Shown here piece by piece: positions 7,550 through 18,072 of a DNA stretch of 64,000 nt. The stretch is from contig JAVJQW010000048.1 of the NCBI GenBank assembly GCA_040218735.1, positions 1-64,000 of the forward strand, read 5' to 3'. A program made the translations under genes and the position numbers. The stretch's first letter is position 1; every line of letters begins with the position of its first letter. Source of the stretch: Deltaproteobacteria bacterium. Its GTDB lineage: Bacteria > Myxococcota > Kuafuiibacteriia > Kuafuiibacteriales > Kuafuiibacteriaceae. Under the pieces are notes generated by a model that saw only the letters and a list, made by a program, of their open reading frames with translations, was not told where the DNA came from and searched no databases.

Positions 7550-9729
7550 CAGTTGACCGGCTTCGCGTCGTCCTCGAGCTCCGCGAAGTACAACCAACCC
7601 ACGAACATCTCATCCCAGCTCTGCCCGCCGAAGTGCACGACGGCGTTCGGGTCTGGGTTCACCGGGTTGTAGCTCGAGTTGTCGAACAACCCACGGCAGA
7701 TCACTCGCGTCCCCGCGGGGAGGACCGGCGGGTCGTCGAATGGGTAGTAGCGCTGCCAGTCGTAGCGATAATACGGGATCGTAATCAGCATCTCGCGGCG
7801 CTGGTCCGGATAAATCGCCTCGAAGGTCATCGCCTTCCCGCGGAAGTGCATGTGCGGGAACACGCCGTACAGCTTCGTCGTCTGGTCGAAGTCGTAGACC
7901 GCCTCCTCCCAATCCTCACGCGCGTGCGGCGGCACCTCCATGTGGAAGTCATACGCGCTCATCACCTCCATACGCTGCCGAGGTTTGTCGTCGTAGAAGT
8001 AGATCGCGAGCGACGTCTCGTCCTTCGTCGCCTCTCCGGTCGTCGTGTAGTGCAGCTGGAAGCGGATGCGCGAACCCGCCGGCATGTAGACCCCCGCGCC
8101 GTCCGGATAGACCTCGGGCGCCTTCCCCGGGAGGTACATCGCGAAGTAACCGGAGAGCGCCTGGTTGTACGCCGGCTCGATCGACTCCAGGTGCTTCGGG
8201 TACTCGAGCAACACCGCGCCGTGGTGGAGCACCTCCACGTTGCTCGGCCGGATGTCGACCGCACGAACCCACTTGTCCTCGTCGAACGGGACCTCGACAT
8301 CGACGTAGGTCCAGTCCAACACACCCGACGCCGGGATGCTGGTCGGCGGCGTCTTCACGAGCCAGTCGGGTTCACCGAGCGGCCACCCTTCCACTTTCTT
8401 GGGCTGCAGCTCCGGGAGCGGGTCCTCACCCTCACCGCGCTTCGCGCCGGCGTCGATCCAACTCACCAGCGTCTCGAGCTCCGCGTTGGACAGCGACACG
8501 GACCGCGTGCCCTCCACGCTGTTCTCACCGTCGACCAACCACGGCGGCATGCGCCGCGTCGCGACGACCTCGCGGATCATGTCCGACCACCCGTAGACGT
8601 CGTCGTAGTCCTCCATCGCCCACGGCCCGACGCCGCCCTCGGTGTGGCAGTCGACGCAGTGTTTCTTCAGGATCGGGACGACGTCCTCGACGTACGCGAT
8701 CGACTCGCCCTCCGTCTCCTTCAGCTTCACGAGGCAGCCGCGCAGCTCACCTTCGGACTCGGGCAGCTTCTGCCCCGCGAGCATCGCGTCGAGCGCGCGT
8801 GACAAGTACGGGTTCGCGGCCTCGGACTTCTGCGCCTCGTAGTCGATGCGATCGTCGAGCGGTCCGCGCCACACCACCGTCCACGTCTTCGGGTCGATGA
8901 CGATCGCCTCCGCCGTGCGCGTGACGTTCAGCGAGCGCGCCACGAGCTGCGATTCGTCGCGTAGGATCGGGACCTCGATGCCGAGCTTCTTCGCGTCCTT
9001 TTCGATCTCGTCCGAGTCGTCCTGGAGGTTCGCGTTGAGCATGAAGACCTCGACCTTCTGCTCCGCGTACTTTCGCGCGATGGCGTTCACCTCTTGGACG
9101 GAGTGCCGCACGATGGGGCACCCGACGCCGTGCACGAACAACACGACCGCCTTCGACGGCGCGTAGTAGTACAACTCGCGAAACACGCCGGTGTGGTCGA
9201 CGAGGCCAAAGTTGGGGACGTAGCCGGGCGCCTTCGGGTCGACCTTCGGCTTGGCCTTGTCGCTGGGGTCGGCGAGCTTGAAGCCCTCCGGGATCTCGAT
9301 CCCCACCGCGGGCACGGCCTCTTTCGGCTCACCGGCGTAGGCCTTGCGGTCGACCTCGAACACCTCGAGCCCGACCTGTTTGCCGTGGTCCCACGTCCGC
9401 TGCTCGACGAGGTTTCCGCGCTGGTCCCAACGCTTCCAGACCCCGTCCTTTTCACCGAGGACGTATTCGCCCTCGTACCACTTCTTCCCGTTGATCCAGA
9501 ACTGCTGGTACGGGCCGTCCCGCAGGCCAGCGTGCTCGCCCCACATCACCTCGGCGTAGCGCTCCGTGACGACCAGGGAGTTCGAAGGCGTCACCTCCAC
9601 GGCGTGCCGGTTCGTGACGTGCCCGACGTACCAGGACCACTCGCGGCCGCTCCGACGTTTGTGGAAGAGCAGCCCAACGACCGCGGCGGCCAACACCGCG
9701 ACGAGAGCGAGCCCAGCGATCCGACGCAT
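7549..9729 (-). CDS. exported multidomain protein: MORN/YwqK-like repeat + redoxin + c-type cytochrome + copper type II monooxygenase (PHM/DBH-like) domains
   Basis: N-terminal signal/TM. DGPYQQFWINGKKWYEGEY repeat, GCPIV redoxin, CVDCH heme motif, Cu-ligand motifs LHH, QLHY, PHMH, DEM. Confidence 0.75.
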   Translation of the reverse strand: MRRIAGLALVAVLAAAVVGLLFHKRRSGREWSWYVGHVTNRHAVEVTPSNSLVVTERYAEVMWGEHAGLRDGPYQQFWINGKKWYEGEYVLGEKDGVWKRWDQRGNLVEQRTWDHGKQVGLEVFEVDRKAYAGEPKEAVPAVGIEIPEGFKLADPSDKAKPKVDPKAPGYVPNFGLVDHTGVFRELYYYAPSKAVVLFVHGVGCPIVRHSVQEVNAIARKYAEQKVEVFMLNANLQDDSDEIEKDAKKLGIEVPILRDESQLVARSLNVTRTAEAIVIDPKTWTVVWRGPLDDRIDYEAQKSEAANPYLSRALDAMLAGQKLPESEGELRGCLVKLKETEGESIAYVEDVVPILKKHCVDCHTEGGVGPWAMEDYDDVYGWSDMIREVVATRRMPPWLVDGENSVEGTRSVSLSNAELETLVSWIDAGAKRGEGEDPLPELQPKKVEGWPLGEPDWLVKTPPTSIPASGVLDWTYVDVEVPFDEDKWVRAVDIRPSNVEVLHHGAVLLEYPKHLESIEPAYNQALSGYFAMYLPGKAPEVYPDGAGVYMPAGSRIRFQLHYTTTGEATKDETSLAIYFYDDKPRQRMEVMSAYDFHMEVPPHAREDWEEAVYDFDQTTKLYGVFPHMHFRGKAMTFEAIYPDQRREMLITIPYYRYDWQRYYPFDDPPVLPAGTRVICRGLFDNSSYNPVNPDPNAVVHFGGQSWDEMFVGWLYFAELEDDAKPVN

Positions 9730-9943
9730 GGCGGGGAGCCTACGAGCGCCGCCCCCCCGCCTCAAGACTCCAGTGGCCCTGGGGTGCGTAACGCTTCCGA
9801 TCGGGACACGTACATTGATCCCTGGTGAAATACCCAGGTTCAGTCGTGCGTTCATTTCCGTCACAGTGGAGCGGTTCAGGTCACGTCATGCGTGACGGCC
9901 AGATCCGCGAAACGGCTGGCCAGGAGCCGAGTGGAGCCCTAGG

Positions 9944-11620
9944 ATGAAGAGCATGTCGAAGCGTTGGTTCGTCGTTGGCCTGGTGCTCGCGACCGGGTGC
10001 TGGGACCCGGCGTGGCCGGTCATCGAGGGCGTCGAGGGCGAGGCCCGGGATGGCGGCATCCCGACCGGGAGCTACACCTGGTACCAGGACGTCCAGCCCG
10101 TCGTTCAACGGTACTGCGGCGAGTGCCACGGCGCGACACCGCGCTTCGCCGCCACGCGGTCGCTCGCCTCCTACGCGGATGTCATGGCCATCGACTTCAC
10201 GACCGGCCGCCCGCTCCACTCCGAGATGGCCGCGCGCCTCAGCGCGACCCTCGGCACGATGCCGCCCCCCTCCCAACCGCAGCCGACGCAGGCGGAGATC
10301 GACATGATCTTCGCGTGGTCCGCGGGCGGCGCCGCGATGGGCACCGTCGTCGACGTCCCGTACACGTGGCACCGCGATATCGAGCCGACCATCCGCGAAG
10401 CCTGCCACCTGTGCCACGGCGACCCGCCGCAGTTCACGGCGCCGATGTCGCTCGTGACCATCGACGACCTCCAGGCGCTGTGCCCCTCCGGCATCCCGTG
10501 CCACGAGGCCGCCGCGTTCCGCATCCAAGCGCCGTCCGGCCGCATGCCGCCGCCGTCGCACAGCCGCCAGCTCACGTCCGAAGAGGTCATGGCGATCACC
10601 GCGTGGTCCGAAGGTGGTGCGCCCGAAGGTGAGCCGCCCGCCGTCCCGCGCGACGGTGGCTTCCGCGACGGCGGACCGCCTGACTCGGGCCCCGGCGTGC
10701 CGTGGGCGAACGGCCTGCCCGGCTCGATTCAGCCGGCCAACCCCGACGTCCGCTGGGTCGACACGTGGTCGCACCGCGGCGGCAACCCCGCGATGCCGTA
10801 CGAGCCCGACTTTGGCGAGACGATCTACCGCTGCTGGTCGTTCCACGTCGACACCGGCACGGTGGCCGACGTCGAGTACGTGACGTGGATGGAGCCGATC
10901 CTCGACAACCTCTCGAGCCTCCACCACCTCATGATCTTCGTCGACGACTCGCAGCTCGATCAGCGCGAAGACGTCGTGGGCCCGTTCGACTGCGACGGCT
11001 TCCCGTTCGAGGCCGACGGCATCACCTACGCCGAGTACATCGACGGCTGGTTCCCGGGTCGCGGCCTCACGCCGTTCCCGAACGGCATCGGCATCGAGCT
11101 CCGCACGGGGTACCGGCTCATCCTGCAGACGCACTACGACCGCATCGACGAGACGATTCAGGACATGAGCGGCATCCGCCTCCTCGTGGATCGCCGCGAG
11201 CAGATCCCGACCGGCACGCTCTGGAGCGGCGTCATCTGGGGAGACCAGCTCCTCGGACCCTCGGAGCGAAGCGGCGAGTGTGTCATCCAGCAGGCGACGA
11301 CCGTCTACCGGTCGTTCCCGCACATGCACACCTACGGGACCCGCATCGTCTCCGACGTGCGGCGCGCGGGCTCGACCAACTGGGAGGTCATCGCAGAGAT
11401 CCCGGCGTGGAACTTCGAGGACCAACCGATCCTCGACGTCGCGCCGGAGATGCAGCAGCTCAACGTCGGCGACACGCTGCGCACGCGCTGCTTCTGGGAC
11501 ACGGGGACGATGCCCGTCCGTCAGGGCGACGGCTCGTTCGACGAGATGTGCTTCAACACCTTCTTCGTCTACCCGCCGGTTCCGGACGTCGGCGTCACCG
11601 GCGACTGCGTCAGTAACTGA
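9944..11620 (+). CDS. lipoprotein with two c-type cytochrome domains and a copper type II monooxygenase (PHM-like) region
   Basis: Lipobox LATGC. Duplicated YTW..D..P....CxxCH...MPP modules (CGECH, CHLCH). LHH, QTHY, PHMH, DEMC. Alternative start at 9953. Confidence 0.75.
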   Translation: MKSMSKRWFVVGLVLATGCWDPAWPVIEGVEGEARDGGIPTGSYTWYQDVQPVVQRYCGECHGATPRFAATRSLASYADVMAIDFTTGRPLHSEMAARLSATLGTMPPPSQPQPTQAEIDMIFAWSAGGAAMGTVVDVPYTWHRDIEPTIREACHLCHGDPPQFTAPMSLVTIDDLQALCPSGIPCHEAAAFRIQAPSGRMPPPSHSRQLTSEEVMAITAWSEGGAPEGEPPAVPRDGGFRDGGPPDSGPGVPWANGLPGSIQPANPDVRWVDTWSHRGGNPAMPYEPDFGETIYRCWSFHVDTGTVADVEYVTWMEPILDNLSSLHHLMIFVDDSQLDQREDVVGPFDCDGFPFEADGITYAEYIDGWFPGRGLTPFPNGIGIELRTGYRLILQTHYDRIDETIQDMSGIRLLVDRREQIPTGTLWSGVIWGDQLLGPSERSGECVIQQATTVYRSFPHMHTYGTRIVSDVRRAGSTNWEVIAEIPAWNFEDQPILDVAPEMQQLNVGDTLRTRCFWDTGTMPVRQGDGSFDEMCFNTFFVYPPVPDVGVTGDCVSN

Positions 11621-11631
11621 GGCCCGGTCCG

Positions 11632-12240
11632 TCAGGGACAGGCGCCGCCCGAGCCGACCCAGGTCTCGAAGCGCTTCACGAACGTCGCGTGGTCGAGCGG
11701 CGGCAGCGTCCGCCCCCCGCCCGGGTTCCAACCCCACAGCACGAGTTTGTCCTCCGCGACGTGGTGCAGCAGCGCCGCGAGGTCGCGTCCGCCCGTCTTG
11801 GTCGAGTCGTTGAGCTGCTCGCACAGCGCGCGCGGCGTGAGGCCCTCGAAGATCATCGGCGTGTCCTTCGGCGGCAGGCCCCAGTGCGGCGCGCCCGGCG
11901 GGCCGCCGACGATGCCCATCACCTCGGAGTTGTTCTCCATGTGGCAGGTGCTGCACTGCATCCCGGACTCCAGGCTGCGGCGCGAGATGTTCATTGCGTG
12001 CGGGATGCCTTCGTCCTTCTGCAGCGGACGGTCGCCCTTCGGGTGGCAGTTCTGGCAACGCGGTGACTGCAGCACGCGCGCGACGTCGAGGAACGCGGCC
12101 GCCCCCTTGTCCGCAGGGACGGTGGGCGGCGGCGGCGCGGCGGGCGCCTCCGCCGGCGTTGTTTCAGGCTCCGGCTCCTCCGCCGCGAAGGCCGGGGAGA
12201 GGAGCGCGAACGTCGCGAGCGCGGTGAGGTAGCGTTTCAT
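11632..12240 (-). CDS. exported diheme c-type cytochrome associated with isoquinoline 1-oxidoreductase-type operons
   Basis: Signal peptide [48 protein letters not shown]. Coupled to the iorB stop. Confidence 0.8.
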   Translation of the reverse strand: MKRYLTALATFALLSPAFAAEEPEPETTPAEAPAAPPPPTVPADKGAAAFLDVARVLQSPRCQNCHPKGDRPLQKDEGIPHAMNISRRSLESGMQCSTCHMENNSEVMGIVGGPPGAPHWGLPPKDTPMIFEGLTPRALCEQLNDSTKTGGRDLAALLHHVAEDKLVLWGWNPGGGRTLPPLDHATFVKRFETWVGSGGACP

Positions 12241-14492
12241 GTCGTCTCCTTGCGGCGGTCCCACGCCTGCTGCATGGGCATCGCGCGAAGCCGCACACCC
12301 GTCGCCGCGAAGATCGCGTTCGACAGGCCCCCGAGCACCGGCGGCAAGCCGGGCTCGCCGACGCCGTGCGGGTGTTCGTCGGAGTCCATCACCTTCACGA
12401 CGATCTCGGGTGACTCGTGCATCCGCAGGCACGGGTACGTGTCGAAGTTGTCCTGCTGCACGACGCCGTCGACGATGTCGAGCCGCTGATCGATTGCCGC
12501 CGACAGGCCGTAGATGATCCCGCTCTCCATCTGCGCGGCCACGAGGTCCGGCGTCACCGCGACGCCGCAGTCGACCGCGCAAGCTACCTTGCGAACGCGA
12601 ACGCGGTCGTCGACGACGCCCGCCTCTACGACCTGCGCGACGTACGAGCCGAACGACCAGTGCACCGCGATGCCGCGGCCCCAGCCTTCCTCGATCGGTT
12701 TGCCCCAGTTGCCCAGCTCCGCCGCCGCCTCGAGGACCGCGAGGTGCCGCGGCGCCGCGGTGAGGTGCGCGCGACGGAACTCGAACGGGTCCTTCTTCGC
12801 CGCGTGGGCGAGCTCGTCCATGAACGTCTCCTTGATGAACGCGTTGTACGAGTGCCCGACGGAGCGCCAGAACGACACTGGCATCGCGGTGCGGACCGGC
12901 GTGTAGTCGACGCGGAAGCTCTCCACGTCGTACGCCGACGTCGCCATCCCCTCCAACGAGATGAAGTCGGGGAGGGCGCCCGAGTTGATGAAGCCGACGT
13001 TCGCACGCAGCATCAGCCGCTTCATCATCTTCGGCATCCAGTCCGGGAATACCGCGCCGAGGAACGGCGACTGGTCCATGAAGATCGACTGCGCCACGCC
13101 GTGGTAGTGGACCGCCTTCACGCGGCCGTCCTTCTTCGACACCGCGCCGCGCATGCGCGCGACGGCCGCGGGGCGGTAGTAGCCGCCGCGCATGTCGTCT
13201 TCGCGCGACCACACCAGCTGCACCGGGCGATCGACCTTCCGCGCGATCATCGCGGCCTCCACCGCGAAGTCCGGGACGCCGCGACGACCGAACCCGCCGC
13301 CGAGCATCAACGTGTCGACCTGAACGTCGCTGCGGTCGATCCCGAGCAGACGCGAGATGCCCTCGGCGACGATCGTCGGCGACTGCGTCGGCGCCCACAC
13401 CTGCACGCGGTCGCCCTGCACGTGGACCGTGCAGTTCATCGGCTCCATCGGCGCGTGCGCGAGGTACGGAGCCTCGTAGGTCGCGTCGACGGTGACGACG
13501 TCCTCTTCGGCCAACGCCTTGTCGACGTTGCCGCGGTTCACGAAGCGCGTCGAGCCGTCGCCCTTCGCGACCTTCTTCGCCGCCACGCTCAACGCGTCGG
13601 AGTGCAGGCCGTTCGTCGCGCCTTCCGTGAACGTCACCTTCACCGTGCGCGCCGCGGCCGCCGCCTGCCAGTACTTCTCTGCGAGCACCGCGACGCCGCG
13701 CTCGAACTCGAACACGTCGACGACCCCCGGCATCTCCTTCGCCGCCGCGGCGTCGAGTGACTTCACCTGCCCACCCTGCTGGGGCGGGTGGATGACGTAA
13801 GCGCGCACGACGTTCTTCGGTGCGTAGTCCGTGCCGAACTTCGCGGCGCCGGTGACCTTGTCCTTCGCGTCGACGCGGATGACCGGTTTGCCGATCTTCG
13901 TGAACGCGCTCCGCTCCTTGAGCGGCGGGTCGTCGACGACGTCCTGCGCCGCGGCCTCCTTCGTCAGCGCGCCGTACGCGATCTTGCGCCCGTCGCTGTG
14001 GATGACGTGGCCATCCTCCGCGCGGCACTGCTCCGCCGTGGTCTGCCACTTCGCCGCCGCCGCCGCGACCAACATCAAGCGCGCGGACGCCGCCGCCTTG
14101 CGCAGCGGAGTGTAGTTCTCGGGTGTGCTCGACGACCCGCCGGTGATCTGCATCCCGACCGGCGCGATCTCCGACAGCGCCGCCTCGCCGAGGCTGTTCT
14201 CGAACTCCGGGCGCGCCACGTGAATCGCTTCAATGGATTCGACGGCGACCTCCAGCTCCTCGGCGACGAGGACCGCGCTCCCCGTCGCGACGCCTTGCCC
14301 CATCTCGGACTTGTTCAGCGCGAGGATCACGCGCCCCTCGGGGGTGATGGAGATGAAGACGTTCGGTGAGAACGTGTCGTCCGACAGCTCCTTCATGCCG
14401 ACGACCTGCGCCGTCTTGCAGCCCGGGAGCACGCCGATCATCAGCGCGCCGCCGCCCACCATCTTCAGGAAGTCACGCCGCTCGAGCCTCAT
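12237..14492 (-). CDS. iorB: xanthine dehydrogenase family molybdopterin-binding subunit (isoquinoline 1-oxidoreductase beta-like), Tat-exported
   Basis: Tat motif ERRDFLK, SEMGQG, TGGSSS, HAPMEP, GGGFGRR, WRSVG, GVGEPG. Confidence 0.88.
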   Translation of the reverse strand: MRLERRDFLKMVGGGALMIGVLPGCKTAQVVGMKELSDDTFSPNVFISITPEGRVILALNKSEMGQGVATGSAVLVAEELEVAVESIEAIHVARPEFENSLGEAALSEIAPVGMQITGGSSSTPENYTPLRKAAASARLMLVAAAAAKWQTTAEQCRAEDGHVIHSDGRKIAYGALTKEAAAQDVVDDPPLKERSAFTKIGKPVIRVDAKDKVTGAAKFGTDYAPKNVVRAYVIHPPQQGGQVKSLDAAAAKEMPGVVDVFEFERGVAVLAEKYWQAAAAARTVKVTFTEGATNGLHSDALSVAAKKVAKGDGSTRFVNRGNVDKALAEEDVVTVDATYEAPYLAHAPMEPMNCTVHVQGDRVQVWAPTQSPTIVAEGISRLLGIDRSDVQVDTLMLGGGFGRRGVPDFAVEAAMIARKVDRPVQLVWSREDDMRGGYYRPAAVARMRGAVSKKDGRVKAVHYHGVAQSIFMDQSPFLGAVFPDWMPKMMKRLMLRANVGFINSGALPDFISLEGMATSAYDVESFRVDYTPVRTAMPVSFWRSVGHSYNAFIKETFMDELAHAAKKDPFEFRRAHLTAAPRHLAVLEAAAELGNWGKPIEEGWGRGIAVHWSFGSYVAQVVEAGVVDDRVRVRKVACAVDCGVAVTPDLVAAQMESGIIYGLSAAIDQRLDIVDGVVQQDNFDTYPCLRMHESPEIVVKVMDSDEHPHGVGEPGLPPVLGGLSNAIFAATGVRLRAMPMQQAWDRRKETT

Positions 14493-14974
14493 GACTCCAC
14501 CTTCTTCGCGGCATCGTGGATCGCCTTCTTGATCCGCGGGTAGGTCCCGCAGCGGCAGATGTTCCCGGCCATCGCGGCGTCGATGTCCTCGTCGGTCACC
14601 TTCGGCCCGCGCGCCTCGAGCAGCGCGACCGCGGACATGATCTGACCAGACTGGCAGTAACCACACTGCGGGACGTTGTTTGCGACCCACGCCTCCTGCA
14701 CCGGGTGCAGCGCGCCCTCCTTCGACACGATGCCTTCGATCGTGCGGATCTTCGCGCCCTCCACCGCGGACAGCGGCGTCACACACGAGCGGCGCGGAAC
14801 GCCGTCGACGTGCACCGTGCACGCGCCGCACTGCGCCTTGCCGCACCCGAACTTGGTGCCGGTCAGCTCCAGCTCCTCGCGGATGACCCACAGCAGCGGC
14901 GTCGACGCGAGCGCTTCGACCGAGCGCTTGTCGCCGTTCACCTCGAGCTCGACCGTCACGAGCTTCGTACTCAT
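14489..14974 (-). CDS. iorA: (2Fe-2S)-binding subunit (isoquinoline 1-oxidoreductase alpha-like)
   Basis: [36 protein letters not shown]-coupled on both sides. Confidence 0.92.
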   Translation of the reverse strand: MSTKLVTVELEVNGDKRSVEALASTPLLWVIREELELTGTKFGCGKAQCGACTVHVDGVPRRSCVTPLSAVEGAKIRTIEGIVSKEGALHPVQEAWVANNVPQCGYCQSGQIMSAVALLEARGPKVTDEDIDAAMAGNICRCGTYPRIKKAIHDAAKKVES

Positions 14975-15483
14975 CGCGCCACCTCCGGAATGTCGCTGGA
15001 GTTGTAGAAGGGCATCTTCAGGAGGATGCCGACCTGCCCGATGTGCGTGCCGCCGACCGAGTCCGGGAAGTAGCCGTACCGCGCGAAGATCGAGAACGTC
15101 GTGAGTGTGAGGAGCAAGCGGCCTTGCACGCCGACCTCCGTCTCGTCGGCGAACCCGAACCGAAACGCCGCGCCCCCGTCGATGCCGAGGAACCCGTAGC
15201 CGAACTCGGGGCCGACCACGACGGTCGCCGCGCTCTGCCCGAAGTCGTAGACGATGTCGCCGAACAGCCCGCCCCAGGCGGCGCTCTTCAGCCACACCAT
15301 CGATAGCTCGTACCCGACGAACCCGCCGCCTCCCGCCGATCCGAACGACCCGCCGGCGGACAGGCCCCCCAGCACGAACAGCTCGGATTCGTACCCGAAC
15401 GCGAAGGGCTCCTCCGGCTCGTCGGCCCACGCCGGACCGGCCGCGAGGAGCGAAAGACCGATGCCCACGATCGTCGCCCTCAT
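14971..15483 (-). CDS. small exported protein, possible outer-membrane beta-barrel
   Basis: Signal peptide ...AGPAWA, Gly/aromatic alternating strands. First gene of the ior operon. Confidence 0.55.
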   Translation of the reverse strand: MRATIVGIGLSLLAAGPAWADEPEEPFAFGYESELFVLGGLSAGGSFGSAGGGGFVGYELSMVWLKSAAWGGLFGDIVYDFGQSAATVVVGPEFGYGFLGIDGGAAFRFGFADETEVGVQGRLLLTLTTFSIFARYGYFPDSVGGTHIGQVGILLKMPFYNSSDIPEVAR

Positions 15484-15581
15484 CGCCCGCGACGCTAGCA
15501 CCCGACCGTGCGCGCAACACTGGCGGAATGTGTCGAAGTGTTGAGTTTTGTGTCGTGACTCGACGAGTCGCGCGTCGCGGG

Positions 15582-17984
15582 TCAGCTCGTGGAGTCGATG
15601 ATGCGCTGGAGCTTGTCCTCGGCGCGCTCCTCGATCTTCTTCTCGATCATCCGGCGGATCTCGATGTTCTTCGCAAGCATAGCGTTGAGCTCCGTCGCCT
15701 CTAGGCGCAGCAGCTCGCACTCGTCCACGGCGCGCACGCTCGCGGTGCGCCTGGAGCCTTCGATCGCGGCGATCTCGCCGAAGATCTCCCCGGCGGTCAG
15801 CTCGGCCAGACCGATCGGTTCTTCGTCGTCGCCCGCGTACACGCGCACCGTCCCGCTCTTGATCGCGTAGAACGCGTCGGAGTGGTCGCCTTCGCGGATC
15901 ACGAGATCACCCGTCTGGTACGTCTCGAACGTGAACCGCTCCGCGAGCTCCTTGCGCGCCTTCGTGCCGAGGTGCCCGAACAGCGGTGATTTCGCGAGCA
16001 GCGACGCCGCGAGGCGCTCCTTGTAGAACCGCCGCAGCGACTCGCGGATCGTCGGGTGGTCCTGCACCACGCGGTTGAGGACCGACCGAGACGCCTCCAG
16101 GACCCACGCCTCCTCCAGCGCTTCGATGGTCGCGCTGCGCGGCTCGCCGGTGAAGTAGCTCTGCTCGCCGAAGCAGTCGCCGTCGGACAGCGACGTCAGG
16201 TAGATCTTGTGCCCCTCGAAGTTCTTCGCGGAGACGACCACACGCCCGCGCCCGATCATGAAGAAGGCGTCGCCTTCGTCGCCCTCCGTCACGATCGTGT
16301 CTCCCGCGGAGAACTTACGCAGCTCGAGCGCCAACACCACGTTCACGAACAGCTCCGAGTTCAGCGAAGACAGGATGGGCGACTCGCCGATCACGTCCAC
16401 CGCGTGTTCGTTCTTCTCGAAGATGCCGTGGTAGTCCGAGAAGTCCGCCGCCGCGTCGGACGGGTCGAAGATCTCCAGCAGCAGATCCGCGTCCGGCATC
16501 CCCTGCAGCGCCGGGAGCCGTTTGATCTCCTCGCGGATCGCCTCGTCCAGCTCCGAGCGTTCGAGGAGGTGCCGGTAGATCGTCGCCGCCTGCGCGAGCA
16601 AGCCACGTTGCGCGAACTTCGCGGCGGCGAGTTTGTACGCACCCAACGCCCGCGCGCGCTCACCGCCCGCGTCCCACGCGTCGCCGATCTCCACGAGCGT
16701 CCAGAGGTTTGGCGCCTCCATGAAGCGCTTCTTCAGGCGCGCGATCTCGACCTCGTGCTCGGGCAGCACGATCCCGCCGGGGATCGTGTCCTCGAACAGC
16801 GGGACTTCGGTGGTCATCGAGACCTTCCGCGCCGCGAGGTCGTTCGCCTCCGCCGCGCGCTGCTCGCCCGGGATCGCGGACGCGCGCGTCTGCTCGGTCG
16901 TCCAGCCGCTGTCCTTCCGGACCTGCATCTCGCGCCTCAGCGCGACCAGCGCGATCTCCGCCGCGGTGTGCTGACCGACCGGCTTCGTGTTGCCGTGCCG
17001 TAGGCTCACCGGCCGACGGTGGTCACGCGTGGGTTCCGGGGCCTCGCGCGGCTTCGCCTCCGGGACGAGGCGCGGGAGCTTGCCGTCGAACATCTTCAGC
17101 AAGCCGTCTTGCAACGTGTATTGCGAAGTCCGCGGGAAGTGTTTGCTCAGGATGACCGCGAGCGTCTCGGCGCCTTCACGCGCGGACTGCAGGCGATGCT
17201 CGGCGTCGCGTACGAGCGTCGACAGCACCAGCTCGTCGAGCGCCTTCGGCACCTCGGGGTTCAGCTCGCTCGGCGCGATGACGTCCCCGGACTCGACGGC
17301 CTCCATGGTCTGGTAGTCGTTGTTGCGCGCGAACAGCCGCTGATTCGTCAGCAGCTCGTGGAGGATGACCCCCGCCGCCCAGATGTCGGTGCGGGCGTCG
17401 ACCGCCTCGCCGCGGCACTGCTCGGGGGAAACGTAGGCGAGCTTGCCGAAGACCTCGCCGGCCTCGCCGTCGCCGACCTGTGACGCCGCCTTCGCGATGC
17501 CGAAGTCGCTGACCTTCACGTGCCCGTCGAAGGAGACGAGGACGTTCTGGGGGCTGACGTCCCGGTGGATCGTCCCGTCCTCGCGGGTGTGGGCGAACGC
17601 GAGGCCGTCGAAGACGCTCTTGAGGATGAACACCGCGAGGTCCACGGGGACGGGCTCACCCTTGCGTCGAGCGCGCTTCGCGAGCATCGCGAGGTCGACG
17701 CCTTCGACGTACTCCATGGCCATGAAGTAGTCCTCGTCGACCCGGCCGAAGTCGAAGACCTGCACGATGTTGGGGTGGGAGAGGCGGACCGTCAGCTTCG
17801 CCTCGTCGATGAACATCGAGATGAACGCCTGGTTCTTGCTCAGGCTGGGGTGCATCCGCTTGATGGCGAGGAGCTTTTCGAACCCGCCGATCGACGACGA
17901 ACGCGCGAGCCACACCTCGGCCATGCCGCCGGAGGCGATTCGGGTCAGCATCTGGTACTTGCCGAAGATCTCCGGCCGGCGCAT
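15582..17984 (-). CDS. Hanks-type Ser/Thr protein kinase with two C-terminal cyclic-nucleotide-binding domains
   Basis: [29 protein letters not shown]. cNMP cassettes [15 protein letters not shown] and [15 protein letters not shown]. No TM segment. Alternative GTG start at 18002. Confidence 0.92.
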   Translation of the reverse strand: MRRPEIFGKYQMLTRIASGGMAEVWLARSSSIGGFEKLLAIKRMHPSLSKNQAFISMFIDEAKLTVRLSHPNIVQVFDFGRVDEDYFMAMEYVEGVDLAMLAKRARRKGEPVPVDLAVFILKSVFDGLAFAHTREDGTIHRDVSPQNVLVSFDGHVKVSDFGIAKAASQVGDGEAGEVFGKLAYVSPEQCRGEAVDARTDIWAAGVILHELLTNQRLFARNNDYQTMEAVESGDVIAPSELNPEVPKALDELVLSTLVRDAEHRLQSAREGAETLAVILSKHFPRTSQYTLQDGLLKMFDGKLPRLVPEAKPREAPEPTRDHRRPVSLRHGNTKPVGQHTAAEIALVALRREMQVRKDSGWTTEQTRASAIPGEQRAAEANDLAARKVSMTTEVPLFEDTIPGGIVLPEHEVEIARLKKRFMEAPNLWTLVEIGDAWDAGGERARALGAYKLAAAKFAQRGLLAQAATIYRHLLERSELDEAIREEIKRLPALQGMPDADLLLEIFDPSDAAADFSDYHGIFEKNEHAVDVIGESPILSSLNSELFVNVVLALELRKFSAGDTIVTEGDEGDAFFMIGRGRVVVSAKNFEGHKIYLTSLSDGDCFGEQSYFTGEPRSATIEALEEAWVLEASRSVLNRVVQDHPTIRESLRRFYKERLAASLLAKSPLFGHLGTKARKELAERFTFETYQTGDLVIREGDHSDAFYAIKSGTVRVYAGDDEEPIGLAELTAGEIFGEIAAIEGSRRTASVRAVDECELLRLEATELNAMLAKNIEIRRMIEKKIEERAEDKLQRIIDSTS

Positions 17985-18006
17985 CGGCCCGATCTGTAGC
18001 ACGGCC

Positions 18007-18044
18007 CGACGAACGCTTCACGTCACGACGAACGCTTCACGTCA
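18007..18044. repeat. perfect 19-bp tandem direct repeat (x2) in the divergent intergenic region
   Basis: cgacgaacgcttcacgtca at 18007-18025 and 18026-18044. Confidence 0.8.
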
Positions 18045-18072
18045 CCGCCGAGAATGCATAGACTCCCGCGCC

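Noticed and set aside
15490-15560. Possible sigma54 promoter for the ior operon (GCGCACG...TGCT on the minus strand)
   Set aside because: It lacks the GG dinucleotide and the spacing is off by one.
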